This document shows positions 1 to 11,640 of a stretch of 64,000 nucleotides of DNA, piece by piece. The first letter of the stretch is position 1. Every line of letters starts with the position of its first letter. Below the pieces are notes generated by a model. The model made no database searches. It had not been told where the DNA came from and saw only the letters and a list, made by a program, of their open reading frames with translations. The position numbers were made by a program, and so were the translations under genes. Source of the stretch: Octopus bimaculoides (lineage: Eukaryota). The stretch covers positions 587,013-651,012 of the forward strand of contig NC_068989.1 of the NCBI RefSeq assembly GCF_001194135.2. The letters run 5' to 3'.

Positions 1-175
1 TCGAATTCACGGAGTAAGTACCCAGCCAATGGATTCACTCAGCAAAATAATTGAAACTGTCGGCATTACATGTACCAACAAAATAATATCGCAAATTTAA
101 AAAGCAAGTACACATATTTACAAAAACATTTACAAAAACATATCGATTTATAATAATGTCTTTTTTGCTAAAAAC

Positions 176-385
176 GGCGAGCTGGCAGAATCGTTAGATC
201 GCTGGACAAAATGCCAATAAGCATTTTGTCCGTCTTTACGATCTGGGTTCAAATTCCACCGGGTTCGACTTTGCCTTTCATCCTTTCGGTGTTGGTAAAA
301 TAAGTACCAGTTAAACACTGAGGTCGATTTAATCGACTTAATCCCTATCTCGAAATTGCTGGCCTCATGCCAAAATTTGAAACCA
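176..385 (+). mobile_element. tRNA-derived SINE, family A, near full length
   Basis: A-box-like GGCGAGCTGGCAGAATCGTTAG, B-box-like GGGTTCAAATTCC, core CTTTGCCTTTCATCCTTTCGG..TAAAATAAGTACCAG, tail CCAAAATTTGAAACCA; matches other copies in the window. Confidence 0.85.
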
Positions 386-439
386 ATCTATATTTGCTAA
401 TTGTTTCACTTATAGACCCAAAGCCTAAAGTTTTGGAGT

Positions 440-592
440 CGGTGGCTAATCGATAACATGGACACCAATGACTACGAAATTATAGAAGGCAAAGTCGATC
501 ACAGCGGAATTTGAAATCAGAACGTAAAGCCGGAAAGAAATGTTCCAAAGCGTTTTGTCCGGCATTTTAGCGATTCCAACAGGCCGCCGCCT
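440..592 (-). mobile_element. SINE family A, head plus part of core
   Basis: Reverse complement reads AAGGCGGC..GGAATCGCTA..TTTACGTTCTGATTTCAAATTCCGC..TCGACTTTGCCTT, aligning with the copy at 176. Confidence 0.75.
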
Positions 593-1254
593 TATACTTT
601 CTAACTTAATGCTAAAATATAAATAGTTTGAGTTACAACTTTTCGTTTCTCACATTTTTGTACATCTTATTTTTGGCCGAGATTCTGCACGTTTTGAATA
701 TTCGCATTTCGTAACACAGCTTCTTCTCAACTCGATAGAAATAACATCTAAATTTCTTCAAATGACATCCTACTATCTACAAAAAGGGAAGGAAGTTCTA
801 GATTATAAAAAAAGACGCGATGGCACCAATTGGTGAGTCTTTGATCAAAGGTTTGTTCCTTTAGCTCTAACAACAACAACTGTAAGAAACGGATTAAAAC
901 GTGTAGAATGCAGAAATATTCTGTTCCTGTGGTGCTCTGATACAAAAGACGTAATTTTATATTTGACGTGCATCAAATGTTTTATCGCAATTTTAGTGAG
1001 TGAAATCTCTGCCGCAGAATATAATAACCATACACGTGAGTGGTGTCACAATGCATAAATCAAAAGTTTTATGGTGAGGGATTTAAGTTTCACTCCTGGC
1101 ATCTATTCTATAGATTCATCGGTGATAGAGAAACGGTAAAAGAGAAGACGTCTAACGAAGTTGTCGCTTTTTGTTTTAACTACATAGTTTAATGTGTTGG
1201 AATATTGTCTACACCATGTGAAGTTCTTTGGGAACGATTCTCCTAACATATCAA

Positions 1255-1258
<4 letters not shown>

Positions 1259-1296
<38 letters not shown>

Positions 1297-1430
1297 AGCG
1301 TACGTGCGAGTGTACGTACCTGCGTGCGTCTATATGTGTGTGTATGTCTATGTATGCCTGTATGTGTTTGTGTGTCTACATGTTTGTGTATGTGTGTATC
1401 TGTGTGTGTATGTGTGCATGAGTGTGCGTG
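1259..1430. repeat. (TGCG)n followed by degenerate (TG)n
   Basis: Seen directly. Confidence 0.95.
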
Positions 1431-2059
1431 TGGAAAAACGAAGGAACAAGAGCGAGAAAAAGCCGGATAACATTTCGCAATTTACAGTTGTAGAACTTGA
1501 AATACGAAATTAAACTCGCCGCAGGTTTCTATGTAAAAATTCCATTTTGTACATAGAGTGGTCAAATGACTTAGGTTTTTGCATTCGGTAAGAGGATTTC
1601 TCTAAAGGAATTTTAATTTTGGTTGGGAATTAAAAATAAGAAAACAAATGGTGCGTTTTTTAATGGCTTAGAAGAGGAAGGATATCGCCCCTAAAAACCC
1701 TTTTTAAGACGTACGTAGTTTGCAGCAAGATGCTACCCTTAAAATAGAAGACTGGCTCCAATAATACTTCCAATAGAGTGGACCCTGCTAAAAGCAACCA
1801 AAAGATGACCCTTGGTTGTGGAGTTAAATCGGACAATAGATTAAATGGACCAGTCAAAATCACAATGGCCAAACGGGTTGGAAGTAATTCTGTTATAAAA
1901 CGCCATTTTTTTTTATAGCATCAGAGATTTATGACTTTTTGCTGACTTCCAAAACACCCAATCTGATTGCCTACCACTGTTACAACAACAGCTGTGTATG
2001 TGCTCCGTGTTCGCGTGTGTGCGTGTGTATGAATGGATGGATGGATGGACGGACGGACG

Positions 2060-2397
2060 GACGGTCGTTGAACGATGAAGATTCAATTGTTTGATCAACT
2101 GAATCACTTGCTCCTGAATTAACGTATAAGCGGTTGAGTATTCGACAGATACGTGTAACCTTCACGTCACTCTCGGGCGGAATCAACGTGACACAATGCG
2201 TGACAAGTCACATGACAATAGCTCTTTTTCATTTCATGTACAATCCACCTGAGGGCTTCCACAAAGTTTCCGTCTAACCAATTTCATTGACAGTTTACTC
2301 ATTACTATAGAAAATTATACTTGCCTAAGTTGTCACAGAGTGGAACTGAATTCTTGATATCATGGTGTCCAGAAGAACTTCTTAACCATTCTCCAAT
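2060..2397 (-). mobile_element. Chimeric SINE: family B head/core with family C 3' tail
   Basis: Minus strand TTCAGTTCCACTCTGTGACAACTTAGGCAAGT..AGACGGAAACT aligns with family B (9376); CTTGTCACGCATTGTGTCACG..CGTTAATT aligns with the family C tail (about 10765-10900). Confidence 0.7.
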
Positions 2398-2520
2398 ATT
2401 ATGTTATGCCAACTACATACATACACACATAGTCAGTTGACATCATTAGGTTGTAGCCGACATAATAAAATAGGAGCTTTTATATGCATATTCAAAACGT
2501 TTCCCGTAAACGAACTTAAA

Positions 2521-2553
<33 letters not shown>

Positions 2554-3491
2554 NNNNNNNNNNNNNNNNNNNNNNNNNNNNNNNNNNNNNNNNNNNNNNN
2601 NNNNNNNNNNNNNNNNNNNNNNNNNNNNNNNNNNNNNNNNNNNNNNNNNNNNNNNNNNNNNNNNNNNNNNNNNNNNNNNNNNNNNNNNNNNNNNNNNNNC
2701 ACCAGTTATTGCCAAAGAACAAACTTCTTTTGTCAAACCAGAAAAATTGTCTCTCCCTCTCTCTCTTTCATCCTTCTCTCCACTCACACCCAATATACAT
2801 TTGATGTCTTGCCGTCCTTTTCTATTCCAAAAACAACCACTTCACTTTTCTCCCTACAAGCTCACACCACACCTAACCTACACCACTCCACTCGCCCAAT
2901 AAACACAAGATACAAATTGTGAAAAACCAAAATAAACCGAAACTTCGAAGTACTGTCAACCTTTTCTTTTTAAAAATTTGTAAATATGCTACTTTACTGA
3001 AGAGTATTGCGCGGTCTTTCAATTGAATGTGCAACTGTTTTTATTTATAACTTTACATTTATATATAACTTTGAAAACAAAGAACTATAAATATAGAGAG
3101 AGAGGGAGAGATAGAGTGGGGAGAGGGAGGGAGAGAGGGAGTGAGAGAGAGAGATAGACCAATTAATTTTCATGCCTATATATTTGTATGTATGTACATT
3201 ATATATATACACACACACACACACATTTATATACATGTATGCATGCTGGAGGTGTGAAATCTGTGGTTGTGTTATCCTTTTCAAGGCTGCGTGTGTCAAC
3301 CATCTGAAGTTCCGTGAAAGATCAATTGGGTGCAGCGTCCTTCCTCCTCACCCGTGTGCTTCGCCGTTGTAGTATGTGAAAGGACTTGGGTTGTCTTCAG
3401 TACTGACAATTCATAGATGGAATGTCAAAAATGCCATTGTCAACGAGGAAGCTCAGAGACGGCAGCCATCTGTGAGGATGGAGAAATCACC

Positions 3492-3600
3492 ATGTATGCA
3501 TATACGCATGTATGTATGTATATACGCATGTATGTATGTATGTATGTATGTATGTATGTATGTGTGTGTGTGTGTCCGTTTGTGTGTATGTATGTATGTC
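3492..3600. repeat. (TATG)n microsatellite at the 3' flank of an RLE LINE
   Basis: Seen directly. Confidence 0.95.
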
Positions 3601-3968
3601 TCTTCAATTTTTTAATTATTATAAATCTTCTACTGAGGAAAAAACCGGCTTCCAACAAAGATACAAGGTTCCATCTTTGAACTGTAGTTTTCACTTTTGC
3701 AATTTGAGAAAAGTCTTGCATATTTTTACTGTTCCACTCCCAGTTTATCCCGATTCTCCTTTAAGCATTTACTAACAAAACCTCGTGCTCCAATTCTTAT
3801 TGGTATGAATATGAATTCATAGTCTGGATATAGAAGCTGGAGGTTTCGAAGCAATTGTCCATAGATCTCCTCTTTTTCTTTGACTTCCAAAGAGATATTT
3901 ATATCTGCAGGACAGCTGACCTCTATGATGCTACATACCTTTGCCCCTCTGTCCCACACAACCATATG
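3601..3968 (-). mobile_element. 5'-truncated R4/Dong-like LINE: restriction-like endonuclease C-terminus and 3' UTR
   Basis: Translation MVVWDRGAKVCSIIEVSCPADINISLEVKEKEEIYGQLLRNLQLLYPDYEFIFIPIRIGARG, then TVKICKTF-like end; homologous to 52874-53308. Confidence 0.85.
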
Positions 3969-3988
3969 TTTGTATGTATGTATGTATG

Positions 3989-4022
<34 letters not shown>

Positions 4023-4115
4023 TGTATGTATGTATATGTGTGTGTGTGTATGCATGCATGCATGTATGTATGTATGCATGTATGTGTGTATGTATGTATG
4101 CATGCATGCATGCAT
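3969..4115. repeat. (TATG)n/(TGCA)n microsatellite at the 5' flank of an RLE LINE
   Basis: Seen directly. Confidence 0.95.
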
Positions 4116-4214
4116 GGCTGAGAGAGATAGGGAGAGACTAAATTGATTATTTACAAGCAATTGATATTTTTCTTATTTACAGATCTTACCTTTCAATGAT
4201 ATTGTCGTGGATTG

Positions 4215-4300
4215 TTGTTATTGTAGCTGCTGCTGCAGTTGTTGCTATTGTTGTTGTTGTTGTTGGTTGTGGTGGTGGTGGTGGTGGTGGTGGTGGTGGT
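4215..4300. repeat. (GTT)n/(GGT)n tract running into a gap
   Basis: Seen directly. Confidence 0.9.
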
Positions 4301-4904
4301 NNNNNNNNNNNNNNNNNNNNNNNNNNNNNNNNNNNNNNNNNNNNNNNNNNNNNTGAAGTGATTGATGACTGGTTGAGTTGCTGAATGAAAAAGTCTACCT
4401 CAGGCTATCTAAAAAAAATAACTGACAACACCCGCGAGCAATTAATAGAAGACTTCATTGCCTACAGTTACCCTCTTCGCGTAAACGAAAGCAGGGCATT
4501 GTAATCACTCGTCTTAGTTTGTTTGTCTGTGTGTTTGCAAAATTACGGATTTTCACCACATTTGGCAGAAATGTTCATTGGGTGAGTGGCTCGAAATGAG
4601 GAACACTTGATTTGATTATCTATAAAAAAATTTTAAATCTTTTTAATTTTTTTAATCGAACTTACAAATTTCCCGATAAGCAAGTGGTCATATTATTTTG
4701 TTCGTTAACTTTTTCATATGAATCGACCCTTGTCTCTGTGTGTATAGGTCATGGTGTACCTATGCGCGTAGATGCGTGGGCGTACGTACATACATTTTGC
4801 TTTTATATGTATTTACAGCTCGGTTTCTTTCTCTGATGCTTTACAGAGTTCAGCATGTTTCTGGCCACTGAAACATGTTCTCGCAGAGAGTTCTAATGCA
4901 AACC

Positions 4905-5051
4905 TACACATGTAAACGCGTGTAAAACAAAATAAAAATTTTGAAAGACATGTATAAAACTAGTTTTTAAACATCGAATGGATATGGCGGTCCACTAGAG
5001 TAAAATAGTGATCGAAGGGGCCCAAAGATAAAAAATGGTTGAGAACCCCTG
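4905..5051 (-). mobile_element. hAT (Charlie-like) transposon end
   Basis: Reverse complement starts CAGGGGTTCTCAACCATTTTTT, a Charlie-type TIR; aligns over about 150 bp with 38412-38560. Confidence 0.7.
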
Positions 5052-5099
5052 ATATAAAATATCTTGTGGATTTTCATCTTTTTAATACCACAATGAACA

Positions 5100-6280
5100 A
5101 CCCAGTAATTGTAACTTTCATGCAGTACGGATATTTGGAGTGATCCAAAACTGACGGTAAGACTTTTGTTAAAGGTGTAAATAAAATTTTCGAAAACAAA
5201 AAAGTAAAACAAAAACATCAGAAAAAGATGTTTTTTTCTTACCAAATTCCAGTTCTTCAACAGCAGAACTACTTTGTAAATATGGGAAAGCAAAAAGAGA
5301 AAAACTGGGTAATTCTTACCTTTATAATAGATGCGGTTCGTTGTTTGGCATTTTATGATAATAGCGAGTTATCAAGCTTTCGATGACCCAATTACAAATC
5401 AAGACAATTTGAGGAAACATAGCATTTGCCAAAAATGATGCATTACTGGAGCAAGATGTGTTACTAAATGATCGATATGCAATATACCTCAGCGCAGACA
5501 GACAAAATGGTCTGAAACATTACCTGTCAGTCCATATTTCATCAAAAATAATCACTGAAATCAAGATGACAAAATATTTTGCAATAATTATTGACTCTGC
5601 GAGTGACATCAGTAGAATCGATTAATTTTCTTCATTTTTGTGACGTGCAACAGAACACAGTAAGGTTGTGAAATGATTTATACAATTTAGCGAATTGCCT
5701 GAAGGGTTAAAGAGTGTTTTCGACGTTCTTCGTCCAGCAAGCAAAACTCTCTGATGCTGTCACAGTCTTACAATGGAGAAAAGAGCATGTCGAGAGAAAT
5801 AGCTGATGTCTAAATAAAGATTAGGGAAGTTGTTCCAAATCTACCTTTTACACAGTGTGGACATGATATAAATTCATTCCCGACTAATGCAGTAAACTCC
5901 AATATTCAAGCAATGGCGTGGGGATTTTTAGCTCTAGAAATAGCCTTTATTTTTTTCATGGCAGTTAGCACTCGTCTTTTGGTACTAAAAGAACAACGCA
6001 ATCAAATCAAATTTTCTGGAAAGGACACATCAAATGTCCCATCCCTCCCTGATACTCCATTTTTAACACAGCAGGGTGTGTTTTAATAGAGAATTAGCTT
6101 TTATTTCTAGCTTGTGGAGCAAGCACATAGGTGGCTTCGTTAACTCTGGTTGGTATGTTGCTGTCTGATGGCTATAATGGATTTCACTGGTTCATAAATA
6201 ATTTATTTGACGCCTACGCCTGGTCAGGACTTTTTTGAGAGGCACACGCAAAACTTTGAAAACATTTTCGAATAAGAACA
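5100..6280 (+). pseudogene. Degenerate hAT-family transposase (ZMYM1-like type)
   Basis: Frameshifted pieces FIIDAVRCLAF, YLSADRQN, IITEIKMTKYFAIIIDSASDISRID (first catalytic D region), then F(T/L)QCGHDIN resembling the hAT CxxH motif; many stops. Confidence 0.75.
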
Positions 6281-6525
6281 TTATAACCCAGTTTCTTTCG
6301 ACAGTATAAAAACCCCCGTCTCTACACAAATCATGGAAACAATCATTGTCGTAGTCGTTACAAATGCTAAACCTTGTAATCTCTGATAATCTCTCTGGCG
6401 ACTTCACAGATGTAATATTGTCTAGACTGCATCTCAAAGACGTCGCTTCCTCTTCAGGATTAGAAAATACTTCAGCCCCGATCAGTTTATTTACCGCCTG
6501 CAATAAGATAGAGAGGAGGGGGGTC

Positions 6526-6862
<337 letters not shown>

Positions 6863-6983
6863 AAATAGACACGATGCTTCTCAGATTGTTGTGTTCATGT
6901 ATTTCCCAAAGGCATTAGTGACGTAAATGGAAGCAATTCCAGCTGAGAATCAAAACCATTTCGCGGACTCGGATTCCTTAGAA

Positions 6984-7000
6984 TGTGTGTGTGTGTGTGT

Positions 7001-7064
<64 letters not shown>
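6984..7064. repeat. (TG)n microsatellite
   Basis: Seen directly. Confidence 0.97.
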
Positions 7065-7068
<4 letters not shown>

Positions 7069-7236
7069 TAAAAATTTCATGAGAGACAGCGAAATGGAGA
7101 TGGTAAGTGAGATTATGGTCAGAGGATTGCATAAGATCGACACTTCTTTATACATTCTTGCTTCGTCTTCTCATACACACCCTTGTATATATATCCTTGC
7201 ATATATACTCTCAGTAAACACTTGCCAGTTATAAAT

Positions 7237-7445
7237 CAACAAGGGTGCTTCTACGTAGTCAATCGATCTACTAGAAATAGTAGCTAAATTCTCTCAATTT
7301 ACACCCTACAGTCTTAGAAAAAGGACACGTTGAAGAACATTGTCCAGGGTTTCCAGCACATAGAGAGGTATGAAGGCCACGACTAGACTGCTTTTGATCG
7401 TGAGCCTGCTCGATCAGGACTGACCAGGGCGAAACAACAGCAAAA
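7237..7445 (+). mobile_element. Interspersed repeat family D, near full length (~200 bp, AAC-rich tail)
   Basis: CAAGGGTGCTTCTAC..CTAGAAATAGTAGCTAAAT..GTCTTAGAAAAAGGACAC..TTTGATC..CTCGATCAGGACTGACCAGGGCGAAACAACAGC; related copies elsewhere in the window. Confidence 0.65.
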
Positions 7446-8364
7446 ATAACTTGCCATTTAATATTGTAGTCTTTAGATTAATAAAAACAAATAAATAAAT
7501 GAATAAATGTACTCTTATAAAGATTTGTTATGAGCAGACGATGTATACATACCTCATCATATTACAAGTAATATAGGGGGAAGAGAGAGGGGGAGGGAAG
7601 TAACTGCGTGAGTGTGGGTGTGAGTGTCTGGGGCTTCGAATGGAACAGGCATTGAAACAGTGTTTAATGGTTTTCGAGTAATTTTCAATAAAATCAAGTC
7701 TTTAGAGATGTATTAAAGACAATAAGAAAAAAGAAACCAAAAGCTTTTCCCACTCATTATACGTAAGAATTTAGTGTGACAACACAACAGAATCGGCCGG
7801 GCATTTGATATAACAATAAAGTTAAATCCAGAAACAATGTGTTATAGAAGTGGCATTGTAGCCACTAAATCACATGCACTAATCCTTTTGTAATGATATA
7901 CAATCATTCATGTTTAGAAGGTAAGATGACTCACCAAGACGCCAGTGAGTCAAACTTAAGATACATAGAGTTCTAGTAGAGATAGCCATGGAGTGGAGAG
8001 CAACTCGAAAGCAATTCCAGACAAAAAGAAATACATCACGAATAAGGCAAAAGTATATCAAGTAATCGGCACAACATCCAATAACAGAAAAACAATCCTG
8101 GAAACTAATTCTAAGTACACTCCACATGACCAGCTTTGGTTCACCATCAAAGGCTAGCAAATTAGTGGATAATAAAGCAGACGGAACATAGCAGCCAGTA
8201 TGCAGCGTTGAACCCAACATTGGGAATGGTTAATGTAACCCAAGACTTTAATGGCCCAAGCACTGGGAGTTTTAGAATCTGACAAACTTTGGTTTTTTTA
8301 CCACTTCAGTGTCATCAAATCTACTCAAGCAGAACGGACCAAAGACACTCAACAAACGCGCACA

Positions 8365-8480
8365 TACACACACACACACAAACATATACACACACAAACA
8401 CACATACATAAACAATCACGCACATACATACATACATACATACATACATACATACATACATACATACATACATACATACA
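8365..8480. repeat. (CA)n/(TACA)n microsatellite
   Basis: Seen directly. Confidence 0.9.
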
Positions 8481-9261
8481 ATCCTGCAGTCCTGCAGTCC
8501 CATTATAAGAGGAAATCTAATTGATGTCAGTGATGTCTTACTGTAAATGTCTTACCTGGAAACACGACCAAGTATTTGTAGAAGACATGACTCAGAAGTT
8601 GACTGTCTAAAATGTAATCAATTCAAAGAAACCAACGCGTAAATAAAGGAACAAATAAATAGCTAAATGATGCGAAAACCGTGCAGCGCAATTTGAAGTT
8701 TGCTGCAAATTCCATTTGATACAAACTTTGACAAATGTATGGCAAAGCATACGAGTTTGCCTATGACGCAATAATAGAGGGGCGTAATGTGGGGCCTGCT
8801 GTAGACTGGTTGATACAAATCTTGGCATTTGTGCTACAAAGTTTTCGAATTTTCCAATGCTGAGAATGTCTAAAGTAAATGACATCTTCAATACGTTCAA
8901 GGAAGTAAGTTGTAAGATAAAATCTAGGGAGGCATATTTTGCAGTCGTTCATAACGGCTTCAAGCTGTTGCAAATGCCATTATGATATAAAAACTCAAGT
9001 GTCTTTATATAGAAACATTATAAATACTTGCATTCTGCTTTGTGCAGAGCCCAAAACAAAATAATACACACCTTAACACAATGCTGCTGAAGCGGTTTAT
9101 GCAATTCAAGATATTTGACCGTGTCCCAGTGAAAACCTCACATTTCTTGAGTTCAAATGCACCCAGAATCCACCTTATATTTCATCTCTTTCTCTTGTCA
9201 ATAAAAGAGGCAGAAAGTCGACCGGCTTTATTCATTAAAGATTCGAAGAATTGTTTGAGCA

Positions 9262-9365
9262 GGAGAAAGTGTCTGCGATACTTAGATACAGACATCTACG
9301 ACCCAAGTTCAAATCCTACCGAAGTTAACTTTACTTTTCATCTTTCTGGAGTAAAATAAAATATA
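9262..9365 (+). mobile_element. Degenerate SINE family A fragment
   Basis: CCAAGTTCAAATCCTACCGAAGTTAACTTTACTTTTCATCTTTC matches the family A B-box and core. Confidence 0.55.
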
Positions 9366-9375
9366 AAATAGTAAT

Positions 9376-9768
9376 CAGGAGTGGCTGTGTGGTAAATAGC
9401 TTGCTTACCAACCACATGGTTCTGGGTTCAGTCCCACTGCGTGGCACCTTGGGCAAATGTCTTCTACTATAGCCTCGGGCCGACCAAAGCCTTGTAAGTG
9501 GATTTGGTAGACGGAAACTGAAAGTCCGTCGTATATATGTATGTATGTGTGTGTTTGTGTGTCTATGTTTGTCCCCGCCCCCAACATTGCTTGACAACCG
9601 ATGCTGGTGTGTTTATGTCCCCGTAACTTAGCGGTTAGGCAAAAGAGACCGATAGAATAAGTACTAGGCTTACAAAGAATAAGTCCTGGGGTCGATTTGC
9701 TCGACTAAAGGCGGTGCTCCAGCATGGCCGTAGTCAAATGACTGAAACAAGTAAAAGAGTAAAAGAGT
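9376..9768 (+). mobile_element. tRNA-derived SINE, family B, full length with internal microsatellite
   Basis: GGAGTGGCTGTGTGGTAA A-box, GGGTTCAGTCCC B-box, core GGCACCTTGGGCAA, internal (TA)(TG) tract, tail ending (AAAAGAGT)n; very similar to 20866-21281. Confidence 0.92.
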
Positions 9769-9789
9769 TCCATTACTTAATGAAGTTAC

Positions 9790-10290
9790 CTCATTACTTT
9801 CTGTTTGCTTAACCTTGGTCACAACAAAAATACCAGAAAAGCTATGACTCGTGGCCTGCACCGATTCTGGCATTAAAGTCGTCCAGAATAGCGAGTTGTT
9901 CCTTGCTAGAGACGCAGATGACGTATGATGAGGGATCCTCGTAGAATTCGTCTTGCGTCTGGTGTGAAGAACAGTGTCGGGGTATGCATGCTGTTACGGG
10001 TGATTGGGCCTTCCATGGTGTTTAGACGCAGAACCAGGAGCTACCCTGAGCCGTTGCTGGTTAGTGCAACAGGTTGTTCATTACTATGAAACCATCTCTA
10101 AAATTCCTCCTACAGTCATATGCAAATATACTGTCAGTTGCACTGTACCAAATCTGGTGACAACTATGTTGAAACAACAGAGCAGTTGAAGCTGGTTGTT
10201 GATGTGGATATGTGAATGAGCACGCACGTAGTAGGCAGGCGGTCGGACAGAAGCCTGTGCGGCATTTCCACTTCTCTGGTGAATCTAAAA
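9790..10290 (-). mobile_element. RTE-clade LINE fragment, APE endonuclease region
   Basis: Minus-strand translation includes LVLRLNTMEGPIT and ARDEFYE-like text, plus SKEQLAILDDFNARIGAGHES (GDFNA motif); frameshifted. Confidence 0.72.
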
Positions 10291-10349
10291 GAAGGTAAAA
10301 AGGTTGTGGATAACAAGGAACTGCCTTAAGGGTTCGAGCCCTACGGCAG

Positions 10350-10478
10350 GCAAGCAATTCGTTTCCTCTGAGTCATTTGAAATGGAAAATGAAGTGACAT
10401 GTACAATGACACAGCAGAGAATCGAAACTATGACCTTAGGATCATGGGTTCAATCTCTAGCCACTTGGCCATCGCCCA
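10350..10478 (-). mobile_element. SINE family C head fragment
   Basis: Reverse complement GGCGATGGCCAAGTGGCTAGAG..GTCATAGTTTCGATTCTC..TGTGTC..GTCACTTCATTTTCCATT matches the family C head and core. Confidence 0.55.
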
Positions 10479-10588
10479 GACACATATACATGTCTGTGTA
10501 TATATGCATCGTTCTATGTATGCGTACATATATGTATAATGTATATGTGTGTATGTTTGTGTGTTTGTGTGTATGTGTGTATGTGTGT

Positions 10589-10910
10589 GAAGACGCATGG
10601 CTTAGTGGTTAGGGTTTTCGGCTCACAATCGTAAAGTCATGAGTTCAATTCCCGGCGGTACGTTGTGTCCTTGAGCAAGACACTTTATTTCACATTGCTC
10701 CAGTCCACTCACCTAGCAAAAATGAGTTGCACCTGTAATTCAAAGGGCCAGCACTGTCACGTTCTGTGTCACACTGAATCGCCCTGAGAACTACTTTAGA
10801 AGTATCCGTGTCTGTGGAGTGCTCAGCCACTTGCACGTTAATTTCACAAGCAGACTGTTCCGTGGAGCACACGTCGTGGAGCACTCGTCGTCGTAACCGA
10901 CGGAGTGCCA
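10589..10910 (+). mobile_element. tRNA-derived SINE, family C, full length
   Basis: GCATGGCTTAGTGGTTAGG A-box, GAGTTCAATTCCC B-box, core GTGTCCTTGAGCAAGACACTT..CAGTCCACTCA, tail ending CGTAACCGACGGAGTGCC. Confidence 0.85.
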
Positions 10911-11083
10911 GTTATATATATATNNNNNNNNNNNNNNNNNNNNNNNNNNNNNNNNNNNNNNNNNNNNNNNNNNNNNNNNNNNNNNNNNNNNNNNNNNNNN
11001 NNNNNNNNNNNNNNNNNNNNNNNNNNNNNNNNNNNNNNNNNNNNNNNNNNNNNNNNNNNNNNNNNNNNNNNNTATATATACAT

Positions 11084-11117
<34 letters not shown>

Positions 11118-11479
11118 TACACACACACTGCAGTAATAAAGACTTGTCCCATTGTCTATGTGACTAGATTGACGAGATAAGCAAACTCATCATCAAACAC
11201 CAACACAGATCCACACACAAAGTAAATACTTATAAAACATCTAGAAATACATCTTCAATATTCCTCTCTCAGTACAAACACAAGATCACAGTGGGAAGCA
11301 GCAGTTACTCACTGACCCTATTATTGTTACCAAGGTTACCGTGTACTAGATGACACTCGACGAGATCGGAATATTATGACAGCTGTTTTATTCGGCCAAA
11401 GAAGATAACTTAGGCTATCTTTACGTAGGACGGGGTGGGAGGCAGTTATGGCAAACTATAAGATACACTCTTAGACGAG

Positions 11480-11640
11480 CCAATTAGGCAAACCTCTATA
11501 TGATCGCTTGACCTACCAGAAAGAGCAGTCAAATCTCTTTCAAATCACACACCTTTTCGTCTTAAACGAAGAAAAGCCTCATTAGGTAATTTGGGGCGGC
11601 ATATCCTGAAACAACTAGGTAGTCATTACTGGAACATCGG
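11480..11640 (+). mobile_element. Family D repeat copy
   Basis: CCTCTATATGATCGCTTGACCTACCAGAAAGAGCAGTCAAATCTCTTTCAAATCACAC aligns with 7237 and 46985. Confidence 0.55.

Noticed and set aside
10589-10665. tRNA-like sequence as a true tRNA gene
   Set aside because: The acceptor and anticodon stems are poor, and it continues into a SINE core and tail.
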